Source: Eledone cirrhosa (taxonomy: Eukaryota). Taken from it: a DNA stretch of 64,000 nt. Position 1 is the stretch's first letter. Each line of letters begins with the position of its first letter. This document shows, piece after piece, positions 1 through 13,200 of this stretch. The stretch is from assembly GCA_964016885.1 (NCBI GenBank), contig OZ024743.1, positions 208,940,001 to 209,004,000 on the forward strand. The letters run 5' to 3'. Made by a program: the position numbers and the translations under genes. The notes beneath the pieces are model-generated. The model saw only the letters and a list, made by a program, of their open reading frames with translations, ran no database searches and had not been told where the DNA came from.

Positions 1-3000
1 GCTCTTCACTCCATAAGATATACCGCAGTTTACCATCCTATAGCCACAGATGAAAGCTCTTCACTCCATAAGATATACCACAGTTTACCATCCTATAGCC
101 ACACATGAAAGCTCCTCACTCCATAGGATATACCGCAGTTTACCATCCTATAGCCACACATGAAAGCTCTACACTCCATAAGATATACCACAATTTACCA
201 CCTTATAGCCACAGATGAAAGCTCTTCACTCCATAAGATATACCACAGTTTACCATCCTATAGCCACACATGAGAGCTCTTCACTCCATAAGATATACCG
301 CAGTTTACCATCCTATAGCCACACATGTAAGCTCTTCACTCCATAAGATATACCACAGTTTAGCATTCTATAGCCACAGATGAAAGCTCTTCACTCCATA
401 ACATATACCACAGTTTACCATTCTATAGGCATACATTAGAGCTCTTCACTCCATAAGATATACCACAGGTTACAATCCTATAGCCACACATGAAAGCTCT
501 ACACTCCATAAGATATACCACAGTTTACCATCCTATAGCCAGATGAAAGCTTTTCACTCCATAAGATATACCACAGTTTACCATCCTATAGCCACACATG
601 AAAGATCTTCACTCCATAAGATATACCACAGTTCACCATCCTATAGCCACACATGAAAGCTCTTCACTCCATAAGATATACCACAGTTTACCATCCTATA
701 GCCACAGATGGAAGCTCTTCACTCCATAAGATATACCACAGTTTACTATCCTATAGTCACAGATGAAAGCTCTTCACTCCATAAGATATACCACAGTTTA
801 CCATCCTATGTCCACAGATGAAAGCTCTTCACTCCATAAGATATACCACAGTTTACCATCCTATAGCCACACATGAAAGCTCTTCACTCCATAAGATATA
901 CCACAGTTTACCATCCTATAGCCACATATGAAAGCTCTTCACTCCATAAGATATACCACAGTTTACCATCCTATAGCCACACATGAAAGCTCTTCACTCC
1001 ATGAGATATACCACAGTTTAACATCCTATCGCCACAGATGAAAGCTCTTCACTCCATAAGATATACCACAGTTTACCATCCTATAGCCAGATGAAAGCTC
1101 TTCACTCCATAAGATATACCACAGTTTACCATCCTATAGCCACAGATGAAAGCTCTTCACTCCATAAGATATACCACAGTTTACCATCCTATAGCCACGC
1201 CAAGGATTAAAGCTCTTCACTCCATAAGATATACCACAGTCTACCATCCTATAGCCACAGATGAAAGCTCTTCACTCCATAAAATATACCACAATTTACC
1301 ATCCTATAGCCACACATGAAAGCTCTTCACTCCATAATATATACCACAGTTTACCATCCTATAGCCACACATGGAAGCTCTTCACTCCATGAGATATACC
1401 ACAGTTTACCATCCTATAGCCACACATGAAAGCTCTTCACTCCATAAGATATACCACAGTTTACCATCCTATAGCCAGATGAAAGCTCTTCACTCCATAA
1501 GATATACCACAGTTTACCATCCTATAGCCACACATGAAATCTCTTCACTCCATAAGATATAACACAGTTTACCATCCTATGGCCACACATGAAAGCTCTT
1601 CACTCAATAAGATATACCACTGTTTACCATCCTATAGCCACACATGAAAGCTCTTCACTCCATAAGATATACCACAGTTTACCATCCTATAGCCAGATGA
1701 AAGCTTATCACTCCATATGATATACCACAGTTTACCATCCTATAGCCACACATGAAAGATCTTCACTCCATAACATATACCACAGTTCACCATCCTATAG
1801 CCACACATGAAAGCTCTTCACTCCATAAGAAATACCACAGTTTACCATCCTATAGCCACAGATGAAAGCTCTTCCCTCCATAAGATATACCACAGTTTAC
1901 CATCCTATAGCCACACATGAAAACTCTTCACTCCATAAGATATACCACAGTTTATCATCCAAGAGCCACACTTGAAAGCTCTTCTCTCCATAAGATATAC
2001 CACAGTTTACCATCCTATAGCCACACATGAGAGCTCTTCACTCCATACGATATTCCACAGTTTACCATCCTATAGCCACACATGAAAGCTCTTCACTCCA
2101 TAAGATATACCACAGTTTACCATCCTATAGTCACAAATGAAAGCTCTTCACTCCATAAGATATACCACAGTTTCCTATCCTATAGCCAGATGAAAGCTCT
2201 TCACTCCATAAGATATACCACAGTTTACCATCCTATTGCCACGCATGAAAGCTCTTCACTCCATAAGATATACCACAGTTTACCATCCTATAGCCACACA
2301 TGAAAGCTCTTCACTCCATAAGATATACTGCAGTTTACCATCCTATAGCCACAGATGAAAGCTCTTCACTCCATAAGACATACCACAGTTTACCATCCTA
2401 TAGCCACACATGAAAGCTCCTCACTCCATAGGATATACCGCAGTTTACCATCCTATAGCCACACATGAAAGCTCTACACTCCATAAAATATACCACAGTT
2501 TACCATCCTATAGGCACAGATGAAAGCTCTTCACTCCATAACATATACCACAGTTTACCATCCTATAGCCACACATGAGAGCTCTTCACTCCATAAGATA
2601 TACCGCAGTTTACCATCCTATAGCCACACATGAAAGCTCTTCACTGCATAAGATATACCACAGTTTACCATCCTATAGCCACAGATGAAAGCTCTTCACT
2701 CCATAAGATATACCACAGTTTACCATCCAATAGCCACACATGAAAGCTCTTCACTCCATAAGATATACCACAGTTTACCATCCTATAGCCACACATGGAA
2801 GCTCTTCACTCCATGAGATATACCACAGTTTACCATCCTATAGCCACACATGAAAGCTCTTCACCCCATAAGATATACCACAGTTTACCATCCTATAGCC
2901 ACATGAAAGCTCTTCACTGCATAAGATATACCACACTTTACCATCCTATAGCCACACATGAAAGCTCTTCACTCCATAAGATATACCGCAGTTTACCATC

Positions 3001-4830
3001 CTATAGCCACAGATGAAAGCTCTTCACTCCATAAGATATACCACAGTTTACCATCCTATAGCCACACATGAAAGCTCCTCACTCCATAGGATATACCGCA
3101 GTTTACCATCCTATAGCCACACATGAAAGCTCTACACTCCATAAGATATACCACAATTTACCACCTTATAGCCACAGATGAAAGCTCTTCACTCCATAAG
3201 ATATACCACAGTTTACCATCCTATAGCCACACATGAGAGCTCTTCACTCCATAAGATATACCGCAGTTTACCATCCTATAGCCACACATGTAAGCTCTTC
3301 ACTCCATAAGATATACCACAGTTTAGCATTCTATAGTCACAGATGAAAGCTCTTCACTCCATAACATATACCACAGTTTACCATTCTATAGGCATACATT
3401 AGAGCTCTTCACTCCATAAGATATACCACAGGTTACAATCCTATAGCCACACATGAAAGCTCTACACTCCATAAGATATACCACAGTTTACCATCCTATA
3501 GCCAGATGAAAGCTTTTCACTCCATAAGATATACCACAGTTTACCATCCTATAGCCACACATGAAAGATCTTCACTCCATAAGATATACCACAGTTCACC
3601 ATCCTATAGCCACACATGAAAGCTCTTCACTCCATAAGATATACCACAGTTTACCATCCTATAGCCACAGATGGAAGCTCTTCACTCCATAAGATATACC
3701 ACAGTTTACTATCCTATAGTCACAGATGAAAGCTCTTCACTCCATAAGATATACCACAGTTTACCATCCTATGTCCACAGATGAAAGCTCTTCACTCCAT
3801 AAGATATACCACAGTTTACCATCCTATAGCCACACATGAAAGCTCTTCACTCCATAAGATATACCACAGTTTACCATCCTATAGCCACATATGAAAGCTC
3901 TTCACTCCATAAGATATACCACAGTTTACCATCCTATAGCCACACATGAAAGCTCTTCACTCCATGAGATATACCACAGTTTAACATCCTATCGCCACAG
4001 ATGAAAGCTCTTCACTCCATAAGATATACCACAGTTTACCATCCTATAGCCAGATGAAAGCTCTTCACTCCATAAGATATACCACAGTTTACCATCCTAT
4101 AGCCACAGATGAAAGCTCTTCACTCCATAAGATATACCACAGTTTACCATCCTATAGCCACGCCAAGGATTAAAGCTCTTCACTCCATAAGATATACCAC
4201 AGTCTACCATCCTATAGCCACAGATGAAAGCTCTTCACTCCATAAAATATACCACAATTTACCATCCTATAGCCACACATGAAAGCTCTTCACTCCATAA
4301 TATATACCACAGTTTACCATCCTATAGCCACACATGGAAGCTCTTCACTCCATGAGATATACCACAGTTTACCATCCTATAGCCACACATGAAAGCTCTT
4401 CACTCCATAAGATATACCACAGTTTACCATCCTATAGCCAGATGAAAGCTCTTCACTCCATAAGATATACCACAGTTTACCATCCTATAGCCACACATGA
4501 AATCTCTTCACTCCATAAGATATAACACAGTTTACCATCCTATGGCCACACATGAAAGCTCTTCACTCAATAAGATATACCACTGTTTACCATCCTATAG
4601 CCACACATGAAAGCTCTTCACTCCATAAGATATACCACAGTTTACCATCCTATAGCCAGATGAAAGCTTATCACTCCATATGATATACCACAGTTTACCA
4701 TCCTATAGCCACACATGAAAGATCTTCACTCCATAACATATACCACAGTTCACCATCCTATAGCCACACATGAAAGCTCTTCACTCCATAAGATATACCA
4801 CAGTTTACCATCCTATAGCCACAGATGAAA
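1..4830. repeat. Segmental duplication within the array, offset 2963 bp (54 monomers): 1..~1860 repeated at 2964..~4830
   Basis: Identical ORFs at 1371 and 4334. Rare variants recur in the same order at +2963: CATGTAAG, TTTAGCATTC, GGCATACATTAGAG, CAGGTTACAATC, the GCCACGCCAAGGATT insertion and AAGCTTATCA. The first copy is cut by the window start. Confidence 0.92.
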
Positions 4831-7239
4831 GCTCTTCACTCCATAAGATATACCACAGTTTACCATCCTATAGTCACACATGAAAGCTCTTCACTCTATA
4901 AGATATACCACAGTTTACCGTCCTATGGCCACAGATGAAAGCTCTTCACTCCATAAGATATACCACAGTTTACCATCCTATAGCCACACATGAAAGCTCT
5001 TCACTCCATAAGATATACCACAGTTTACCATCCTATAGCCACATATGAAAGCTCTTCACTCCATAAGATATACCACAGTTTACCATCCTATAGCCACACA
5101 TGAAAGCTCTTCACTCCATAAGATATACCACAGTTTACCATCCTATAGCCAGATGAAAGCTCTTCACTCCATAAGATATACCACAGTTTACCATCCTATA
5201 GCCACAGATGAAAGCTCTTCACTCCATAAGATATACCACAGTTTACCATCCTATAGCCAGATGAAAGCTCTTCACTCCATAAGATATACCACAGTTTACC
5301 ATCCTATAGCCACGCATGAAAGCTCTTCACTCCATAAGATATACCACAGTTTACCATCCTATAGCCACACATGAAAGCTCTTCACTCCATAAGATATACC
5401 ACAGTTTACCATCCTATAGCCACAGATGAAAGCTCTTCACTCCATAAGATATACCACAGTTTACCATCCTATAGACACACATGAGAGCTCTTCACTCCAT
5501 AACATATACCACAGTTTACCATCCTATAGACACACATGAGAGCTCTTCACTCCATAAGATATACCACAGTTTACCATCCTATAGCCACACATGAGAGCTC
5601 TTCACTCCATAAGATATACCACAGTTTACCATCCTATAGCCACACATGAAATCTCTTCACTCCATAAGATATACCACAGTTTCCAGTCCTATAGCCACAG
5701 ATGAAAGCTCTTCACTCCATAAGATATACCACAGTTTACCATCCTATAGCCACACATGAAAGCTCTTCACTCCATAAGATATACCACAGTTTACCATCCT
5801 ATAGCCAGATGAAAGCTCTTCACTCCATAAGATATACCACAGTTTACCATCCTATAGCCACGCATGAAAGATCTTCACTCCATAAGATATACCACAGTTT
5901 ACCATCCTATAGCCACACATGAAATCTCTTCACTCCATAAGATATACCACAGTTTACCATCCTATAGCCACAGATGAAAGCTCTTCACTCCATAAGATAT
6001 ACCACAGTTTACGATCCTATAGCCACAGATGAAATCTCTTCACTCCATAACATATACCACAGTTTACCATCCTATAGCCACACATGAGAGCTCTTCACTC
6101 CATAAGATATACCACAGTTTACCATCCTATAGCCAGATGAAAGATCTTCACTCCATAAGATATACCACAGTTCACCATCCTATAGCCACACAGGAAAGCT
6201 CTTCACTCCATAAGATATACCACAGTTTACCATCCTATAGCCACACATGAAAGCTCTTCACTCCATAAGATATACCACAGTTTACCATCCAATGGCCACA
6301 CATGAAAGCTCTTCACTCAATAAGATATACCACTGTTTACCATCCTATAGCCACACATGAAAGCTCTTCACTCCATAAGATATACCACAGTTTACCATCC
6401 TATAGCCAGATGAAAGCTTTTCACTCCATATGATATACCACAGTTTACCATCCTATAGCCACACATGAAAGATCTTCACTCCATAACATATACCACAGTT
6501 CACCATCCTATAGCCACACATGAGAGCTCTTCACTCTATAAGATATACCACAGTTTACCATCCTATGGCCACAGATGAAAGCTCTTCACTCCATAAGATA
6601 TACCACAGTTTACCATCCTATAGCCACACATGAAAGCTCTTCACTCCATGAGATATACCACAGTTTAACATCCTATCGCCACAAATGAAAGCTCTTCACT
6701 CCATAAGATATACCACAGTTTACCATCCTATAGCCAGATGAAAGCTCTTCACTCCATAAGATATACCACAGTTTACCATCCTATAGCCACAGATGAAATC
6801 TCTTCACTCCATAAGATATACCACAGTTTACCATCCTATAGCCAGATGAAAGCTCTTCACTCCATAAGATATACCACAGTTTACCATCCTATAGCCACAA
6901 ATGAAAGCTCTTCACTCCATAAGATATACCACAGTTTACCATCCTATAGACACACATGAGAGCTCTTCACTCCATAACATATACCACAGTTTACCATCCT
7001 ATAGACGCACATGAGAGCTCTTCACTCCATAAGATATACCACAGTTTACCATCCTATAGTCACACATGAAAGCTCTTCACTCCATAAGATATACCACAGT
7101 TTACCATCCTATGGCCACAGATGAAAGCACTTCACTCCATAAGATATACCACAGTTTACCATCCTATAGCCACACATGAAAGCTCTTCACTCCATAAGAT
7201 ATACCACAGTTTACCATCCTATAGCCACACATGAAAGCT

Positions 7240-10200
7240 CTTCACTCCATAAGATATACCACAGTTTACCATCCTATAGCCACAGATGAAAGCTCTTCAC
7301 TCCATAAGATATACCACAGTTTACGATCCTATAGCCACAGATGAAATCTCTTCACTCCACAACATATACCACAGTTTACCATCCTATAGCCACACATGAG
7401 AGCTCTTCACTCCATAAGATATACCACAGTTTACCATCCTATAGCCACAGATGAAAGCTCTTCACTCCATAAGATATACCACAGTTTACCATCCTATAGC
7501 CACACATGAAAGCTCTTCACTCCATAAGATATAACACAGTTTACCATCCTATAGCCACACATGAAAGCTCTTCACTCCATAAGATATACCACAGTTTACC
7601 ATCCTCTAGCCACACATGAAAGCTCTTCACTCCATAAGATATACCACAGTTTACCATCCTATAGCCACAGATGAAAGCTCTTCACTCCATAAGATATACC
7701 ACATTTTACCATCCTATGGCTAGAGATGAAAGCTCTTCACTCTATAGGATATACCACAGTTTACCATCCTATAGCCAGATGAAAGCTCTTCACTCCATAA
7801 GATATACCACAGTTTACCATCCTATAGCCACAGATGAAATCTCTTCACTCCATAAGATATACCACAGTTTACCATCCTATAGCCAGATGAAAGCTCTTCA
7901 CTCCATAAGATATACCACAGTTTACCATCGTATAGCCACGCATGAAAGCTCTTCACTCCATAAGATATACCACAGTTTACCATCCTATAGCCACACATGA
8001 AAGCTCTTCACTCCATAAGATATACCACAGTTTACCATCCTATGGCCACAGATGAAAGCACTTCACTCCATAAGATATACCACAGTTTACCATCCTATAG
8101 CCACACATGAAAGCTCTTCACTCCATAAGATATACCACAGTTTACCATCCTATAGCCACACATGAAAGCTCTTCACTCCATAAGATATACCACAGTTTAC
8201 CATCCTATAGCCACACATGAAAGCTCTTCACTCCATGAGATATACCACAGTTTAACATCCTATCGCCACAGATGAAAGCTCTTCACTCCATAATATATAC
8301 CACAGTTTACCATACTATAGCCAGATGAAAACTCTTCACTCCATAAGATATACCACAGTTTACCATCCTATAGCCACACATGAAAGCTCTTCACTCCATA
8401 AGATATACCACAGTTTCCAGTCCTATAGCCACAGATGAAAGCTCTTCACTCCATAAGATATACCACAGTTTACCATCCTATAGCCACACATGAAAGCTCT
8501 TCACTCCATAAGATATACCACAGTTTACCATCCTATAGCCAGATGAAAGCTCTTCACTCCATAAGATATACCACAGTTTACCATCCTATAGCCACACATG
8601 AAATCTCTTCACTCCATAAGATATACCACAGTTTACCATCCTATAGCCACAGATGAAAACTCTTCACTCCATAAGATATACCACAGTTTACGATCCTATA
8701 GCCACAGATGAAATCTCTTCACTCCATAACATATACCACAGTTTACCATCCTATAGCCACACATGAGAGCTCTTCACTCCATAAGATATACCACTGTTTA
8801 CCATCCTATAGCCACAGATGAAAGCTCTTCACTCCATAAGATATACCTCAGTTTACCATCCTATAGTCACACATGAAAGCTCTTCACTCCATAAGATATA
8901 CCACAGTTTACCATCCTATAGCCACACATGAGAGCTCTTCACTGCATAAGATATACCACAGTTTACCATCCTATAGCCACACATGAAAGCTCTTCACTCC
9001 ATGAGATATACCACAGTTTACCATCCTATAGCCAGATGAAAGCTCTTCACTCCATAAGATATACCACAGTTTACCATCCTATAGCCACAAATGAAAGCTC
9101 TTCACTCCATAAGATATACCAAAGTTTACCATCCTATAGCCAGATGAAAGTTCTTCACTGCATAAGATATACCACAGTTTACCATCCTATAGCCAGATGA
9201 AAGTTCTTCACTCCATAAGATATACCATAGTTTACCATCCTATAGCCAGATGAAAGCTCTTTACTCCATAAGATATACCACAGTTTACCATCCTATAGCC
9301 ACACATGAAAGCTTTTCACTCCATAAGATATACCACAGTTTACCATCCTATAGCCAGATGAAAGTTCTTCACTCCATAAGATATACCACAGTTTACCATC
9401 CTATAGCCACACATGAAAGCTCTTCACTCCATAAGATATACCACAGTTTAACATCCTATAGCCACAGATGAAAGCTCTTCACTCCATAAGATATACCACA
9501 GTTTACCATCCTATAGCCAGATGAAAGCTTTTCACTCCATAAGATATACCACAGTTTACCATCCTATAGCCACACATGAAAGATCTTCACTCCATAAGAT
9601 ATACCACAGTTTACCATCCTATAGCCACACATGAAAGATCTTCACTCCATAAGATATACCACAGTTCACCTTCCTATAGCCACACATGAAAGCACTTCAC
9701 TACATAAGATATACCACAGTTTACCATCCTATAGCCACAGATGAAAGCTCTTCACTCCATAAGATATACCACAGTTTACCATCCTATAGTCACACATGAA
9801 AGCTCTTCACTCCATAAGATATACCACAGTTTACCATCCTATGGCCACAGATGAAAGCTCTTCACTCCATAAGATATACCACAGTTTACCATCCTATAGC
9901 CACACATGAAAGCTCTTCACTCCATAAGATATACCACAGTTTACCATCCTATAGCCACACATGAAAGCTCTTCACTCCATAAGATATACCACAGTTTACC
10001 ATCCTATAGCCACACATGAAAGCTCTTCACTCCATGAGATATACCACAGTTTAACATCCTATCGCCACAGATGAAAGCTCTTCACTCCATAATATATACC
10101 ACAGTTTACCATCCTATAGCCAGATGAAAGCTCTTCACTCCATAAGATATACCACAGTTTACCATCCTATAGCCACAGATGAAAGCTCTTCACTCCATAA

Positions 10201-13200
10201 GATATACCACAGTTTACCATCCTATAGCCACGCCACGGATGAAAGCTCTTCACTCCATAAGATATACCACAGTTTACCATCCTATAGCCACAGATGAAAG
10301 CTCTTCACTCCATAAGATATACCACAGTTTACCATCCTATAATCACACATGAACGCTCTTCACTCCTTAAGATATACCACAGTTTACCATCCTATAGCCA
10401 CAGATGAAAGCTGTTCACTCCATAAGATATACCACAATTTACCATCCTATAGCCACACATGAAAGCTCTTCACTCCATAAGATATACCACAGTTTACCAT
10501 CCTATAGCCACACATGGAAGCTCTTCACTCCATGAGATATACGACAGTTTACCATCCTATAGCCACACATGAAAGCTCTTCACTCCATAAGATATACCAC
10601 AGTTTACCATCCTATAGACAGATGAAAGCTCTTCACTCTATAAGATATACCACAGTTTACGATCCTATAGCCACACATGAAAGCTCTTCACTCCATAAGA
10701 TATACCACAGTTTACCATCCTATAGCCACACATGAAAGCTCTTCACTCCATAAGATATAACACAGTTTACCATCCTATAGCCACAGATGAAAGTTCTTCA
10801 CTCCATCAGATGTACCAAAGTTTACCATCCTATAGCCACACATGAAAGCTCTTCACTCCATAACATATAACACAGTTTACCATCCTATAGCCACAGATGA
10901 AAGCTCTTCACCCCATAAGATATACTACAGTTTACCATCCTATAGCCACAGATGAAAGCTCTTCACTCCATAAGATATACCACCGTTTACCATCCTATAG
11001 CCGCAGATGAAAGCTCTTCACTCCATAAGATATACCACAGTTTACCATCCTATGGCCACAGATGAAAGCTCTTCACTCCATAAGATATACCACAGTTTAC
11101 CATCCTATAGCCACACATGAAAGCACTTCACTCCATAAGATATACCACAGTTTACCATCCTATAGCCACACATGAAAGCTCTTCACTCCATGAGATATAC
11201 CACAGTTTACCATCCTATAGCCAGATGAAAGCTCTTCACTCCATAAGATATACCACAGTTTACCATCCTATAGCCACACATGAAAGCTCTTCACCCTATA
11301 AGATATACCACAGTTTACCATCCTATAGCCACACATGAGAGCTCTTCATTCCATAAGATATTCCACAGTTTACCATCCCATAGCCACACATGAAAGCTCT
11401 TCCCTCCATAAGATATACCACAGTTTACCATCTTATAGCCACAGATGAAAGCTCTTGACTCCATAAGATATACCACAGTTTACCATCCTATAGTCACACA
11501 TGAAAGCTCTTCACTCCATAAGATATACCACAGTTTCCAGTCCTATAGCCACAGATGAAAGCTCTTCACTCCATAAGATATACCACAGTTTACAATCCTA
11601 TAGCCACACATGAAAGCTCTTCACTCCATAAGATATACCACAGTTTACCATCCTATAGCCAGATGAAAGCTCTTCACTCCATAAGATATACCACAGTTTA
11701 CCATCCTATAGCCACGCATGAAAGATCTTCACTCCATAAGATATACCACAGTTTACCATCCTATAGCCACGCATGAAAGATCTTCACTCCATAAGATATA
11801 CCACAGTTTACCATCCTATAGCCACAGATGAAAGCTCTTCACTCCATAAGATATACCACAGTTTACGATCCTATAGCCACAGATGAAATCTCTTCACTCC
11901 ACAACATATACCACAGTTTACCATCCTATAGCCACACATGAGAGCTCTTCACTCCATAAGATATACCACAGTTTACCATCCTATAGCCACAGATGAAAGC
12001 TCTTCACTCCATAAGATATACCACAGTTTACCATCCTATAGCCACACATGAAAGCTCTTCACTCCATAAGATATAACACAGTTTACCATCCTATAGCCAC
12101 ACATGAAAGCTCTTCACTCCATAAGATATACCACAGTTTACCATCCTCTAGCCACACATGAAAGCTCTTCACTCCATAAGATATACCACAGTTTACCATC
12201 CTATAGCCACAGATGAAAGCTCTTCACTCCATAAGATATACCACATTTTACCATCCTATGGCTAGAGATGAAAGCTCTTCACTCTATAGGATATACCACA
12301 GTTTACCATCCTATAGCCAGATGAAAGCTCTTCACTCCATAAGATATACCACAGTTTACCATCCTATAGCCACAGATGAAATCTCTTCACTCCATAAGAT
12401 ATACCACAGTTTACCATCCTATAGCCAGATGAAAGCTCGTCACTCCATAAGATATACCACAGTTTACCATCGTATAGCCACGCATGAAAGCTCTTCACTC
12501 CATAAGATATACCACAGTTTACCATCCTATAGCCACACATGAAAGCTGTTCACTCCATAAGATATACCACAGTTTACCATCCTATGGCCACAGATGAAAG
12601 CACTTCACTCCATAAGATATACCACAGTTTACCATCCTATAGCCACACATGAAAGCTCTTCACTCCATAAGATATACCACAGTTTACCATCCTATAGCCA
12701 CACATGAAAGCTCTTCACTCCATAAGATATACCACAGTTTACCATCCTATAGCCACACATGAAAGCTCTTCACTCCATGAGATATACCACAGTTTAACAT
12801 CCTATCGCCACAGATGAAAGCTCTTGACTCCATAATATATACCACAGTTTACCATACTATAGCCAGATGAAAACTCTTCACTCCATAAGATATACCACAG
12901 TTTACCATCCTATAGCCACACATGAAAGCTCTTCACTCCATAAGATATACCACAGTTTCCAGTCCTATAGCCACAGATGAAAGCTCTTCACTCCATAAGA
13001 TATACCACAGTTTACCATCCTATAGCCACACATGAAAGCTCTTCACTCCATAAGATATACCACAGTTTACCATCCTATAGCCAGATGAAAGCTCTTCACT
13101 CCATAAGATATACCACAGTTTACCATCCTATAGCCACACATGAAATCTCTTCACTCCATAAGATATACCACAGTTTACCATCCTATAGCCACAGATGAAA

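Noticed and set aside
79-85. CACAGTT resembling the V(D)J/Transib RSS heptamer CACAGTG
   Set aside because: One mismatch, and no ACAAAAACC-like nonamer at 12 or 23 bp spacing.
51-90. Transcription-factor-like motifs in each monomer (ACCACA RUNX core, GTTTAC forkhead-like, GAA..TTC heat-shock-like)
   Set aside because: Hexamer matches are expected by chance in a 55-mer, the GAA/TTC spacing is 5 bp rather than the canonical 2, and the organism is unknown.
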